NCBI RefSeq assembly: GCF_009914755.1 | Contig: NC_060926.1 | Source of the DNA: the human T2T-CHM13v2.0 reference genome, Homo sapiens | Length of the DNA stretch: 64,000 nucleotides | Direction: 5' to 3' (one strand) | In this document: in pieces, positions 12,346 through 26,049 of the stretch | Position numbering within the stretch: position 1 is the stretch's first letter | Layout: every line of letters starts with the position of its first letter | Notes under the pieces: model-generated | Told to the model about the DNA's origin: nothing | Database searches by the model: none | The model's input: the letters and a program-made list of their open reading frames with translations, nothing else | Made by a program: the position numbers and the translations under genes

Positions 12346-12572
12346 TGGACACAAAGACGGAAATAACAGACACTGAGGACTCCAAAATAGAAGAAGGGAG
12401 GAGGGGGGAGAGGGTTGAAAAACTGTCCATTGGGTACGATGTTCACTATTTGGGCAATGGGTTCACTGGAAGCCCAAACCTCACCATTATACAAAATACG
12501 CAAGTAATAAACTTGCACATGTACCCCCTAAATCTAAAGTACATTTAAAAAATAAGATAAATAAAATAAAAT
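12346..12572 (+). mobile_element. 5'-truncated L1PB-type 3' end
   Basis: L1PB 3' UTR (gggttgaaaaactgtccattgggtac...cacatgtaccccctaaatctaaa) with A-rich tail. 15-bp TSD aaattgtatgttttg (12331-12345) / aaattgtatattttg (12573-12587). Confidence 0.9.
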
Positions 12573-12929
12573 AAATTGTATATTTTGGAGATATTTTGAC
12601 CCCACTGCTTTTACAGCCTTTCTCCACAGCATTTAATATTTTTCTTTAACCAAAGTAATAAAATCTGCTTTTTAAAAGCACTGTAATGATGCCAACCATA
12701 GCAAATGGAATATATTTTTATTAGAACATTAACCATTTCATTAAAAAAGACAGCTACGTTTTGATAAATGTGCCTAGGTTGTTGAGAATATGGAAAAAAA
12801 TAACTAGAACTGATGCGAAGTTTCCATTTTTTTTTTTAATCTCTGTAAGGTCTGCTTGAACTTAATTCTGATAATCAATATGTCTGTCATGATAAGGTTT
12901 GGATAGAAACAAATGCCTGTTTCAAATAC

Positions 12930-13370
12930 CGTAGTTAAGAGATTTTTAATAAAGATAACCCTTTTCTTTACAAATGGGTGAGCCAGGGTTTAGAGAAAAC
13001 AAGGGATGGCTCAGCACACACAGGGCTAGCAGTGGTGGGTAGCTGTTATTACCCCTAGGCCTAAAGTGGAGAAAGGGGTCACCAGAACTTGGAGAAGTTT
13101 GATGTATCAATGGGACTGCCTGGGAAGCTTCTGGCCTTTGGCAGAGTGACACAGCTAACCAGTGGCCACTTGGTAAGAAGGGTGACCACATTCTCTCCTC
13201 CAATTTGATCTACTGCCAGGGCTTCTCACTGATCCAACCCACTGGGAAGCCAAAGGTCAAGGTAGCCCAGTGATGCAGTCCATAGAGGTCAGCCTTCTAC
13301 AACAGAGGGTAGAACCAGGAAGGATGGTATATGGACCTAGATAAGAATATGGATGACATCCAGAATAGTA
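12930..13370 (-). mobile_element. LTR33-like ERVL LTR relic
   Basis: aacaagggatggctcagcacacacagggctagcagtggtgggtagctgttattacccctaggcct and gatgcagtccatagaggtcagcct match LTR33 in reverse. Confidence 0.65.
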
Positions 13371-15551
13371 TGATCATCAAAAGTTATCAGAATTATCTCT
13401 TGATAATCTTTTTACTTTAACATTGAAAATGACTTCCCTAACAGAAAAGTATGTTAATTTCTATTGAATTTTGAAATCAGTTTTCATAATTCAAACTATT
13501 ATTTTAGTTACTCACATTTCTATAAACCATAAAAATATATTAATTCATCTTTCTAGAGACATTATTTATATTATCACAGGGAAAGTAGTACTTTCTCAAA
13601 AATTAGTTAAATAGGTCACCTTTGCAATTATTGAATGATAATGGTGTTTCAAAGACTGCATTTCTACATGGCATATAATGAGCATTTCAGAATTTATTTT
13701 TAAAAGGCACAAAGGAAGAATGAAGTGTATTTACATACAACCTTCATCACCAAGCAGTTTTCTCTGCTTCATTTTAGGAAAGAATAAACAGATATTTGGA
13801 CTTTTATAACATGAAAAGTTCATTCCCCCAAAAAACAAAACAAAATATGTGGCCTCAATAATGCAGACATCTAGGGAATATTAGTAGAATCCAGGGTCTG
13901 AATTTCTTTTCAGGAACAGATCATTGTAATCATGTTTATTTTATTTTATTTTGCTTCTCTGAGTAGCTTTCTTCTCCCCAAATTAAAACCAAAAATATTC
14001 AAGTGTTCTGTTATTTTTTAAAAGTAACACACTTGCTGATAATAATTAACAACAAATTAATATGTAACTATTAATTTGTATTAAATGAATCACTCTGTTT
14101 GGCTTTGCTTCTATTTTAGATCTAAAGCTGAAAATAAAAGAACAAGATAAAGCTTTCTAGTTTATTAACGTTTCTTAATAAATGTACACACACTTTCATA
14201 CATATTTAAACTGGCTTAGATCAAGCTGCCTGCTCTATCAAGGGCAATGTATTCCACAAAAGTAATTCTTTACAGTTCAACATGACATGTATTAAATATA
14301 TATCAAATACTTGGTACAATTTTGCCAATTCAGCACAACTGGCAAACCCTTCATAAGAAAGGCCACAATGTCATGTTGGCATGAAAATAGAATCTGGGCT
14401 GAGAAGTGGAGAGAAAAATAAAAGTTCTCTTAAGGTCAAGGGCAACAGCTGAGCAGCTCCGGGGGCTCCAGGGGGTACCTGCTTCAAAGGATACAGTGTC
14501 TTGTGTTTATAGATAAAATGTTGGTTTCTATGGGGGGAGGGTGGTCACAGGAACAAATGTCCCTGACACCCAAACAAAATAATCCCAAATAAAATGGATG
14601 ATGTAGTCCATAGTAAAAAGGGAGATAACTATTCATGGGAAAAAATGCATGACCTCACCCTTTCAGAATACACAGTGATTCATCAGCATTTTCCAGCTTT
14701 CTTTCTTGCTTACTTGCTTACTTTGAATCTCATAGCTCAGTCCCTTTCCCTTTTGCACCTAACGTTGGCTTACTTAATCGAAGATGTTAGGGGTTTGGGA
14801 AGGACAGTCAACTGTAAGGAAAGCTCATGGTGTGTGGAAGTATTTCTTGTCAATAATGTAGAGGCATCATCTTTGCTGATGACACATTTTTCTCAAAAGC
14901 TAAATGTGACACTCACTTCTTTCCTGTTTTTTTTTGTCTCAGAAAAGTTGTATATTAACTTAGTTGATAAAGAAGCCCCTGTGATCATGAGGAAAATCTT
15001 ATGGGAATAATAGATGGAAATATATTTATAAACAGGAGAAATGAGCTAAAAAATATCATTACAAGCAAGCAAAGTTATAATTTTCTATTGTGGTACTTGC
15101 AGAAACCTTCAAGTGCTATCAGTCCGTCTCCTTCTTATAAAAATGCACCACAGTTTAATCAAGTAACTGTGAAACCACTGCCTCAAAATTGCAACCAAAT
15201 TGTTTGGGCAGTGTTATGTATCTAAGGAAACAAATGTGGACTTCTAGAATTACATTATTAGTTTCTTTTGAGCCATGTGCACTTCAAAGATTTTTTAGAA
15301 TTTAGTAATGCTATGTCACACAGAAGCCAACTACTACCCAGGTGGAAATACTGGGCCCCTTTCTGGTCCTCTGCTGTCATCTACCTGCCTCCTGGTGATT
15401 TCCAATTTTTGGCTCCTGCAGTGTGGTGGGGAAAAGAGCGAATTTCTATCTGGTTTGTTCTACCTGGCATCTACAAGTTACTAAAGGGGATGATGAAACA
15501 CTATTGGTGAAAATGTTTTTGACCAATCTGCTTCTTTCCATTGCACTCTAC

Positions 15552-15702
15552 CAGTGATTCTTAGCATACACAGTACTGTGGATTCCTGTTAAAATGCAGC
15601 TTCCCAGGCCCTGCCTCCTGAGATTCAGCAGGGCTGGAACTGAAATTTACAGTTGATACTGGGAATCCCTGGGGCCGGGACCACACTTTGAGAAACACAG
15701 CA
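15552..15702. mobile_element. MER5-type hAT-Charlie MITE
   Basis: cagtgattctta...gttaaaatgcagcttcccaggccctgcc...gaccacactttgagaaacacag. Confidence 0.7.
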
Positions 15703-16544
15703 CTACATTTTCCTGTGTCCAAAGCCTAATCTTTAGAAATCAAGTCAAACCAATACATTTTTTATCTATACTGACTGAAAAGTTTCTAGAAGAAACATTT
15801 AATTGCAGCTCAGAAGCTGGTGGTTCAGTGCCATCAAGGCAGCAGGTACAGTCCTGGGCCTCAAAAGTTTCAGATACTCTCTCTAAATAGCCCATTAACA
15901 AGAAATGTTTCAAAGAGAGTATTGGGGATAGCTTAAAAATTACATATTAATATTGTCGCCTCATTTGATGGACCTAATGGCTGCACTGTAGATGAAACTC
16001 TCTGGTTGTGAGCATCACCCATTCCCTTCAAGGGTCTGGGCAAGTGACAAACTCCTCATGGTACTTATTCATGGCTTTGGAACAATCATAGGTGGCAGGG
16101 GTGCAGGGTTTTGCACAGGCCCTCTCTCACTTAAGAGGTGTCTATGCATGCCTACGTGGTCTGTGGGTCTTGGTGACCTGTGCTCATCTACTTGGATCCT
16201 GGCCTTGGTGTTGCTGGCTGAGCAGATAAAGCATTTTGTTTTCACTCTGAGAGCTTTCCTTTCTGCTTATTTGCACTTCTATCATTCTGTATCCAGAAGA
16301 TAAACCCCATCTGATTCAGGTCAGCCGCTTACACTTTATGCTGTCAGCACTATATTCACTTATATGAGTGGGCTGACTGTAAATGTCTTTATGGCTTTTC
16401 ATGAGATGATTTGACCAACCAAACTGCAAGCAACTTATCTTCAGGATAATTATTTTCTTGAGGAACTCAACCCTAGGGTCCCTCCAATAGCTAATCAATG
16501 TAATCAATCAATTCATTATTTAGCAGATAATGGCATTCTTGTGA

Positions 16545-17090
16545 ATTATTTAATCAATATTAGTTAAGGTATAATTTATGTACAATAAAATTCCCATGTA
16601 AAATGTACAGGTTGATGAATTTTTTAAATAAACTATATTTTTAGGGCAATTTTAGGTTTACAGCCAAATTGAGAAGAAAATTTAAAGATTTTTCATATGC
16701 TCTCTCAATTGTAACAGATGTACCACTCTACAAGGGGATGTTGATAATAAGGGAGGCTATGCATGTGTGGGTGCAGCAGGTACATAGATTTCTTTTTAAA
16801 CATTTAACAAATTTTGTAATCAGTATACATTCACGGGAAACTGCATCATGCTACTCCTTTGTAGTTACACCCATACCCTACCTTTTACCACTCTAATACC
16901 TGTTAACCACTAATCTGTTGTTTGTCTCTATAGTTTCATCATTTCAAGAATGTTATATAAAGGGAATGATACAGAATGTAGATTTTTTGTGACTGGCTTT
17001 TATCACTCAACTAATGCCCTTGCGATTCATTAAAAATAATTTATCCAATTTGTTGTGTGCTTGTTCTTTTTATTGCTGAGTAATATTCCA
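16545..17090 (-). mobile_element. Old L1M (L1MB/L1ME-like) 3' UTR, interrupted by a short L1MC
   Basis: aggtataatttatgtacaataaaattccc...aaccactaatctgttgtttgtctctatagttt...ttttattgctgagtaatattcca. Confidence 0.7.
16620..16790 (-). mobile_element. Short L1MC1/2-like insertion with 5' inversion
   Basis: 16620-16706 is a minus-strand 3' terminus (gcaattttaggtttacagccaaattgag). 16707-16788 is the adjacent upstream segment on the plus strand (aattgtaacagatgtaccactct...gggaggctatgcatgtgtggg). Confidence 0.65.
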
Positions 17091-17905
17091 ACTTATGCTA
17101 TTTATGTATTGAATTTATCTATATGCATTTATTTCCAAAGGCTTTAACATGACGTACATCAACATATGTACTAACAAGGCTAAGAAAAAACAAATGCAAA
17201 ATTAGGAATATTGAAAACAGAAAACCATAGTATGCTAAGCTTAGTAATGCTCAACACAGTCACTATGGCTAAGTTTCAGAACTGGCTCTGAAATTCCTGG
17301 CATCAGAGTCAAAAGACAACATGATAGATAAATGGCATAGTCCTCATTATTAGAAAGAAGGAAGCAACCAGTACTTGAATAGAGAGAAGTTTTCTGCTGG
17401 TTTTAAATGTAAAAGAAATAACTCAAGAGAAGTTTTACATAGGCCATACTGATGTGATAAATAACATTCTCAACTATATTTCTATGGCAAATACACACAT
17501 GAATCTTACATAGCTGGCTACTTTTCATTTTGAGCATTGTTGGTCACAAGGCAAAAACCAAACTATTAAAGTACAACTCAGTGGGTGAAGCAAGATGGTG
17601 GAAGAGAAGCTGACACCATTCATTCTTCCTGCTAGAATAACAAATTTTAACAACTATTTACACACAGAAGATGCCGTGCTGGGCTCAGCCAGTGTCCATG
17701 CAGGAGGGGAGTGATGGGCCAGCCCTAGCCAGTGAGGAATTGCCCATCCCAGTGGTTAGAATTTGAGTTTCTCAGAAAGCCTCACCACCATGAGGTGAAG
17801 TGCTCTGGGGTCCTAGGTAGGACATAAGGACTGCAATTCCCAGGCAACTCTTAGGGATAGGCTGGGCTTAGAGCCAGTGGATTACAATAAATACCTAACT
17901 CTTCA

Positions 17906-18800
17906 ATGCCGAGACACTGACGAACATCTATAAGCATCAACACCATCCAGGAAAATGTGACCTCACCAAGTGAAATAAATAAGGTAACAAGGACCAATAC
18001 CAGTAAAATGGAGATATATGACCCTTCAGACAGATAATTCAAAATAGCCGTTTTGAAGAAACTCAAAGAAATTCAAGTTGACACAGAGTAGGAATTTAGA
18101 ATTCTATCAAATAAATTTAAATTGAAAAATGCAACTGACATGCTGAAGAATGCATCAGAGTCTCTTAATAGCAGAATTGATCAAGCAGAAGAAAGAATTA
18201 ATGAGCTTGAAGACAGGCTACTTGAAAATACACAGTCAGAGGAGACAAAAGAAAAAAGAATAAGAAACAATGAAGCCTGTATATAAGATCCAGAAAATAG
18301 CCTCAAAAGGGCAAATTTAAGAGTTGTTGACCTTAAAGATGAGGTAGAGAAAGAGATAGGGGTAGAAATGGTTTTCAAAGGGATAATAACGGAGAACTTC
18401 CCAAACCTAGAGAAAGGTATCAACATTCATACACAAGAAAGTTATAGAATACCAAGTAGATGTAACTCAAAAAAGACTACCTCAAGCCATTTAATAATCA
18501 AACTCCAAAAGGTCAAGGATAAAGAAAGAATCCTCAAAGCAGCAAGAGAAAAGAAACAAATAATATACAATGGAGCTTCCATAAATCTGGCAGCAGACTT
18601 CTGTGGAAATATTATAATCCAGGAGAGAGTGGCATGACATAAAGGAAAAAACTTTTATCCTAGAATAGTATATCTGACAAAAATATCCTCAAGCATGAAG
18701 GAGAAATAAAGTCCTTCCCAGTCAAACAAAAGCTGAGGGATTTCATCAACATCAGACCTATCCTGCAAGAAATGTTGAAGAGAGTTCTTCAATCTGAGAA
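17906..18800 (+). pseudogene. L1 ORF1p remnant (frameshifted, with stops)
   Basis: ORF-track fragment FKGIITENFPNLEKGINIHTQESYRIPSRCNSKKTTSSHLIIKLQKVKDKERILKAAREKKQI is typical ORF1p sequence. Confidence 0.85.
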
Positions 18801-19305
18801 AAAAAAAGTTAATGAGCAAGAAGAAATCATTTGAAGGTGCAAAACTCACTTGTAATAGGAAACACAGAGAAGAAAAAGAATAGTGTAACACTGTAATTGT
18901 GGTGTGTAAACTACTCTGGTCTTAAGTAGAAAGACTGAATGATCAACCAATCAAAAAAATAATTACAACAACTTTTCAAGACATAGTGAAATAAGACATA
19001 AAGAGAAACAGTAAAAAGTTAAAAAGCAGAGAATGAAGTTAAAGTATAGAGTTCTTCTTAGCTTTCTTTTTTCGTCTTATGCAGTCAGTGTTATGTTGTC
19101 ATCAGTTTAAATTAATAGGTTATAAGATGGTATATGCAAGTCTTATGGTAACCTCAAATCAAAAACATACAATGGAGACACAAAAAGATAAAAAGCAAGA
19201 AATTAAAGCATACCACCAGAGAAAATCACCTTCACTAGAAGGAAGACAGGAAGGAAGGAAAGAAGCAAGAGAAGGCTGCAAAACAACCAGGAAATATATA
19301 ACAAA

Positions 19306-22300
19306 ATGATAGAAGTAAGCCCCTACTTATCAATAATAACATTGAACGCAAATGGACTAAACTTTCCAGTCAAAAGATGTAGAGTGGCTGAATGAATAAA
19401 AAAACAAGATCTATTGGTCTGTTGCCTACAAGAAACACATTTCATGTATAAAGATGTACATAGACAGAAAATAAAGGGATGAAAAAGGATATTCCATGCC
19501 AATGGAAACCAAAAAGAGCAGGAGTAGCTATACTTATGTCAGACAAAATAGATTTCATGATAAAAACTATAAAAAGAGACAAAGAATGTTATTATATAGT
19601 GACAAAGGGGTCAGTTCAGCAAGAGAATATAATGATTGTAAATAATTGTGCACCAAACCCTGGACACCCAGTTATATAAAGCAAATACTATTAGAGGTAA
19701 AGAAAGAGATAGAGCCCAATAAATAATAGCTGGAGAGTTCAACATCCTACTTTCATCATTGGGCAGATATGCAGACAGAAAATCAACAAAGAAACATCTA
19801 ACTTAATCTGTACTGTAGAGAAAATGGACCTAATAGATATTTACAAAATATTTCATTCAATGACTGTCAAATACACATTTTTTTCCTCAGCACATGGGTT
19901 ATTCTCAAGGATAGACCATAGGTTAGGTTACAAAACAAGTCCTAAAATACCCCCCAAAACTGAAATAATATCAAGCATTTTCTCTGACCACAATGGAATA
20001 AAACTAGAAAACACTAACAAGAGGAATTTTGGAAACTACAAATACATGGAAATTAAACAATATACTTCTCAGTGGTCAGGTGTCAATGAAGAGATTAAGA
20101 AAATAATTGAAAAAAATTACTGGATCAAATGATAATGGAAACACAATACACCAAAGCTATAGGATATAATTAAAGCAGGACTAGAGGGAAATGAATAGAT
20201 ATACGTGCCTACATAAAGAAAGAAGAAAAACTTCAAATAAACAACCTAATAAAGCATCTTAAAAAACTAGAAAAGCAATAACAAACTGAACACAAAATTA
20301 GGAGAGGAAAAAAATAATAAGGATCAAAGCAGAAATGAATGAATTTGAAATTAAGAATACAACACAAACGATCAATGAAATATAAAGCTGTCCTTTTTTA
20401 AAAAAAGAGATAAACAAAATGGACAAGCCTTTAGCTAGACTAAGAAAAAAAGAAAGAAGACCCAAATAAATAAAATCAGAGATGAAAAAGGAAACATTTC
20501 CACTGATATTGCAGAAATCCAAAGGATCATCAGTGGTTACTAGGAACAACTATATGCCAATAAATTGGAAAGTCTAGAAGCAATGGATAAATTGCTAGAC
20601 ACATACAACCTATGAAGACTGAACCCCAAAGAAATCCAAAGCATGAACAGATCAGTAACACGTAATGAGTTTGAAGCTGCAATAAAAAGTTTTCCAGTAA
20701 AGAAAAGTCCAAGCCCCATGGTTTCACTGCTGAATTCTACCAAACATTTAAATAAGAACTAATACCAATCCTATTAGAACTGTTCTGGAAAATAGAAAAT
20801 GAGGGAATACTTCCAAATTCATTCTACAAGGACAGTGTTACTCTGATATCAAAACCAGAAAAAGACACATAAAAAAAATAATACAATCCAATATCTCTGA
20901 TGAACATTAATGCAAAAATCTCCAACAAAATACTAGCTAACTGAATTCAGGAATACATTAAAAAGATTATTCATCATAACCAAGTGAGATTTATCCCAGG
21001 GATGCAAGGATCATTCAACATATGCAAATCAATCAGTGTAATACATCATGTCAACAGAAAGAAGGACAAAAACTATATGATCGTTTCAATTGATGCTGAA
21101 AAAGCATTTGATAAAATTCAACATCTCTTTATGATGAAAACCCTCAAAAAAACTGGATATAGAAGGAACATGTGTCAACATAATAAAAGCTGTATACATA
21201 TAACAGACTCACAGCTGAATGGGGAAAAACTGAAAGCCTTTCTTCTTAGATCTGGAACATGAAAAAATGCCCACTTTCACCACTGTTACTCAATATAGTC
21301 CTGGAAGTCCCAGCTAGAGCAATCAGACAAGAGAAAGAAATAAAGGGCATCCAAATTGGAAAGGAAGAATTCAAATCATCCTTGATTGCAGATGATGTAC
21401 TCTTTTATTTGGAAAAAATCTAAAAATTCCACAAAAAATTATTCGAACTGATAAACAAATTCAGTAAAGATGCAGGATACAAAATCAATATACAAAAATC
21501 AGTAACATTTCTATATGTCAACAATGAACAATCTGAAAAAGAAATCCTATTTAAAAAAGGCCAAGTAAAATTAAATACTTAGGAATTAACTTAGCCAAAT
21601 AAGGGAAATATCTCTACAATGAAACTGTAAAATGCTGATAAAATAAATTGAAAAGGGCACAAAAAAATGGAAAGATACTCCATGTTCATGGATTGGAAGA
21701 ATCAATATTGTTAAAATGTTTCTACTAGCCAGAGCAATCTAAAGATTCAATGCAGTCCTTGCTAAAATACCAATGACATTCTTCACAGAAATAGCTACAA
21801 AAATCCTAAATTTTACATGGAACCACAAAAGACCCAGAATAGCCAAAGCTAACCTGAGCAAAAAGAACAAAACTGGAAGAATTACATTACCTGACTTCAA
21901 ATTATATTGCAGAGCTATAGTAACCAAAAGAGCATGGTGTTGACATAAAAACAGATACAGATCAATGGAACACAATAGAGAATGCAGAAACAAATCCACC
22001 CCCTAGAGTAAACTCATTTTGACAAATGTGTCAAGAACGTACATTGAGGAAAAGACAGTCTTTTCAATAAATAATGCTGGGAAAACTGAATATCCATATG
22101 CAAAAGAATAAAACTAGACCCCTATTTCTCACCATATGCAAAAATCAAATGAAAATGGATTAAAGACTTAAATCTAAGACCTCATACTATGAAACTACTA
22201 CAAGAAAACATTGGGGAAAGTCTCCAGGACATTAGTCTGGGCAAAACTTTTTTGAGCAATACCCCACAAGCACAGGCAACCAAAGCAAAAATGGACAAAT

Positions 22301-23085
22301 GGGATCACATCAAGTTAAAAGGCTTCTGCACAGCAAAGGATACAATAAAAATAAAGTGACAAGACTATCCACAGAATGGGATAAAAAATTTGCAAACTAC
22401 CTATCTGACAAGGGATTAATAACCAGAATATATAAGGAGCTCAAACAACTCCACAGGAAAAAATCAAATAACCTGATTTTAAAATGGGCAAAATATTTAA
22501 ATAGACGTTTCTGAAAAGAAGACATACAAATGGCAAATAGACATATGAAAAGGTAGGTGTTCAACATCATTGTTCATCAGAGAAATGCAAAACAAAACTA
22601 CAAGGAGAAATTAACACACCTCCGTTAAAATGGCTTATATCCAAAAGACAGGCAATAACAAATTCTGTTGAGAATATGGAGAAAATGGAACCCTTGTACA
22701 CTGTTGGTGGGAATGTAAGTTAGTACAACCCTATAGCGAACCATTTGGAGGTTCCATAAAAAAAGTAAAAATAGAGCTACCATTTGATCCAGCAATCCCT
22801 CTCCTAGGTATATACCAAAAATAAAGGAAATCAATTTAAGGAAGAACTCTCTGCACTCCCATGTTTGTTGCAGGACTATTCACAATACCCAAGTTTTGGA
22901 ACCAAGCTAAGTGTCCATCAACAGACAAATGGATAAAGAAAATGTGGTGCTTATACATAATAGAGTAGTAGTCTGCCATAAAAAAGAATAAGACTCTGTC
23001 ATTTGCAACAACGTGGATGAAACTGGAGGTCATTATGTTGAGTGAAACAAGCCAGGCACAGAAAGACAAATATTGCATGTTCTCA
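19306..23085 (+). pseudogene. L1 ORF2p remnant (endonuclease and reverse transcriptase, disrupted)
   Basis: EN motifs YTFFSSAHGLFSRIDH and SDHNGIKLE; RT segment [20 protein letters not shown]...[13 protein letters not shown]; catalytic motif mutated to IADD near 21385; many stops and frameshifts. Confidence 0.88.
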
Positions 23086-23141
23086 CTTATTTGTGGGATC
23101 TAAAAATAAAAACAAGTGGACTCATGCAGATAGAGAAGAAT

Positions 23142-23436
23142 GGGCCGGTGTGGTGGCTCATGACTTGTAATCCTGGCAATTTAGAAGGCCTAGGCAAGCA
23201 GATCACTTGAGCTCAGGAGTCTGAGACCAGCCTGGGTAACATGGCAAAACCCATCTCTACAAAAAAATACAAAAACTAGCCAGGCATATGGTGGTGCACA
23301 CCTGTAGTCCAAGCTACTGGGAAGGCTGACATGGGAGAATTGCTTGAGCCTGGGAGGCAGAGGTTACGGTGAGTGCAGATCATGCCACTGCATTCCAGTA
23401 TGAGTGACAGAGCGAGACTCTGCCTCAAAAAAAAAA
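23142..23436 (+). mobile_element. Alu (old; AluJ/early S-like) inserted in the L1 3' UTR
   Basis: Full dimer with A-rich linker and tail. Candidate TSD agagaagaat / agagaaaat. Confidence 0.9.
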
Positions 23437-23974
23437 GAGAAAATAGAAAGATGGTTACTAGAGCTGGGAAGGGAGGTGGGGTGGGGATTGTGTGGGAGGT
23501 AGGGATGGTTAATTGGCACAAAAAAAAAAATAGAAAGAAAGAATAAGACCTAGTATTTGATAGCATAATATGGGGAATATAGTCAATAATAATTTAATTG
23601 TACATCTTAAAATAACTAAAATAGTATAATTAGATTGTTTATAATACAAAGGATAAATGCTTGAAGGGATGGATACCAAATTTTCTCTGATGTGATTATT
23701 ATGCATTGCATGCCTGTACTAAAATATCTTATATATCTTAATACCTCATAAACACATACACCTACTATATACCCACAAAAATTAAAAATAAAAATCATAA
23801 AAAGGGTCAAAATAAAAATAAAAAGCAAAGAAAATAAATAAAGCCCAGACCCTCCAAAAAAATAAAAAATAAAGTATAAATCCATAAATCCCAACCAACA
23901 AGACATATCGTTATCCTAGCACTTCAGTGCATCATAAGGAAGTCTGTGAGGGGGGCTCATAAAGTCAATATTAG

Positions 23975-24560
23975 TGTGACTCAACACATATATCTGGTGC
24001 TTCTTTTTTGCCTCCTTATGAGTGGATGGGGTCATGTACCCACTTATGGCTAATGAACTGTGAGTATAGTAGCATATATTTTTTTTAAATGGCTCTTGTT
24101 TTAATATGACACTAACATTCCTCCATCAAGAAATTGGGTCCAGCTTTTTTCTCCGTGAACATGTGTGGGCTTTATAGAAATGATGCTGTGCGATTCTGAA
24201 TATTAGCTTCTGCTAATTTCTATCTGGCCTTCAATCTCAATTTCTCTCTTTCTCACTCTCCTTGAATTTTTGAAGTCCTGGGCCATCACATAAGTTTAAT
24301 CATTCTGAAGTTGTTATGCTGAAGGAATCGTATTGAGAAGCTACATAGTGATAAGGAGTTTTGTCCAAAGAGCCCCAGAAGTTCCATCTCCATAGCCGTT
24401 TAAGTCATCCCAGCCTAGGACCTAGATATGGGAGTAATGAAATCTTGGAGATGACTGAGTCTGACATCTTTTCACAGCAATCTCAGGAAAATAGATTAAT
24501 TAAATATTTATTCTCAATGATATTTGGAGCACATTTCTTAGGCTTCAAAGGTCTAGGAGA
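23975..24560 (+). mobile_element. MaLR LTR relics (MLT1G/H-like, probably two pieces)
   Basis: acattcctccatcaagaaattgggtcc, agaaatgatgctgtgcgattctga, gtcatcccagcctaggacctagatatggg. Confidence 0.55.
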
Positions 24561-24733
24561 GTGACTGAATTGCAAACCCTTATGCTATTTGCACAAGCTG
24601 ATGAAGAGTGTAAGAATATTCTGTATACTAGAGTCAAATTTGGATAATCCCAGAGATCAGACTTACCTTGAAATATTAGAGAAAAAAATTACCAGTTCGT
24701 ATAGGACATCCTCTTTTGAATAATACCCATGGG

Positions 24734-24767
24734 CAAACAAACAAACAAACAAAAACAAAAACAACAA
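24734..24767 (+). repeat. (AAAC)n simple repeat
   Basis: caaacaaacaaacaaacaaaaacaaaaacaacaa. Confidence 0.8.
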
Positions 24768-25659
24768 TTCAACAAATACTTCTATAACTTCAATTGTAAT
24801 AAATTTTATTATGCATGTTTCTCTTCCAAAGTTTGTTTCTTCATTTTTGTGACTTGTTCTCTTTAGTGCTTTCTCCTTTTGTTTTATATTCTAGAGCAAA
24901 CTTGATTATAAGCATCTGATTGATTATAAGAGAGTATACATTCAGGGCTACATAAGACTTTAATGATAATCTTGGCCTAAAAATCCCCAATGTTATGACT
25001 GAGGAAATTTAAGATCCAGGACATCGCTAAAGGAGTGTAAAGGACATTGTTAATGGATTGTAACCTGTCATCTGACTGCTATGTTCTCTTCTATGCTCTC
25101 TTCTAAGATCTCACCTGACTTAATGCAAATGCAACAAGTAACCTTAGTATAAATCAGGACATGGCATATGAGTGTTCCCAAAAGGGTTGAAGAATGTGAC
25201 AGAAGAGATTGTGAGAGCCCCTCTCTGCTGGTCATTGGTAGACATCACCCCCCACATTTAAGTACCTTCTAAGTACCTCATCCCTGCCCCACACACAGAA
25301 ATATAACCAACATTTACTGACTTGTTACATCTCCAATATAACTGTGCTATTTTGTAAAAAGTAGGAAATACCCCTTCCTTTGATAAAAATGTGAGAAGTA
25401 TTAAATGATAGTAATGTATGAAAACTATTTACCAGTCCCTGAAGAGAAATATATTTTTTTATTGAAATACGTCTTATTTGGATTAAATAAACTATTTTCT
25501 TTAACCTATAGCTGTTAATCTCTTAATCTTCCCTGTGATATTTTCTTGCTCAAAATCACACACATTCAGAGTTCTAAAACTGGTTGAATCTTATGTCTCT
25601 CTGACAATATATTCATTTTTTAAAATTTGGATTGAAGAGATTTATACATACTTAAACGT

Positions 25660-25910
25660 TTATTAAATGTCAGAGAAACCTTCCCTTACCATGCCTTCCC
25701 CCTTTCAATTTAAAATATCCTTCCTTGTTAATACTTTCTGTACATACAATATACTTCTCTTTCAGAGCTCTTACCCCAAGTTGATTATTATTTATATCCT
25801 GTATTTCTTCTCACCAGTCTGTAAAACCCATGAAGGCAGATACAATATCTGAGATGTTTATCATTACAGGTTTGTGAGAGTAAGAACTTGTAAGAATTGT
25901 TGAATAAAGA
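25660..25910 (+). mobile_element. L2 3' relic
   Basis: tcagagaaaccttcccttacca...ccagtctgtaaaacccatgaaggcaga...ttgttgaataaa. Confidence 0.6.
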
Positions 25911-26049
25911 AAACATCGCCTTTCACCTCTGACATTCTCCGTTTTACCATTTATAGGTTCATCTTCTTAGAGAATAAATAAGAAAAACGTATGGAATGAT
26001 ATTGTGGTTAATACAATGTAAGAGATCACACGACAGACTCCAAAGAAGG

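Larger units (their letters stand above)
17581..23869 (+). mobile_element. Near full-length L1MA2-like LINE-1 (decayed), interrupted by an Alu
   Basis: L1M1-type 5' end (caagatggtggaagagaagc...aacaactatttacacacagaa), ORF1 and ORF2 remnants, L1MA2 3' UTR (ggataaatgcttgaagggatggatacc...cctactatatacccacaaaaattaaaa). Candidate TSD taaagtacaactca (17567-17580) / taaagtataaatcc (23870-23883). Confidence 0.92.

Noticed and set aside
14594-15510. Three consecutive plus-strand ORFs (138, 74 and 80 aa)
   Set aside because: No recognisable homology, splice structure or coding-like composition; consistent with chance ORFs.
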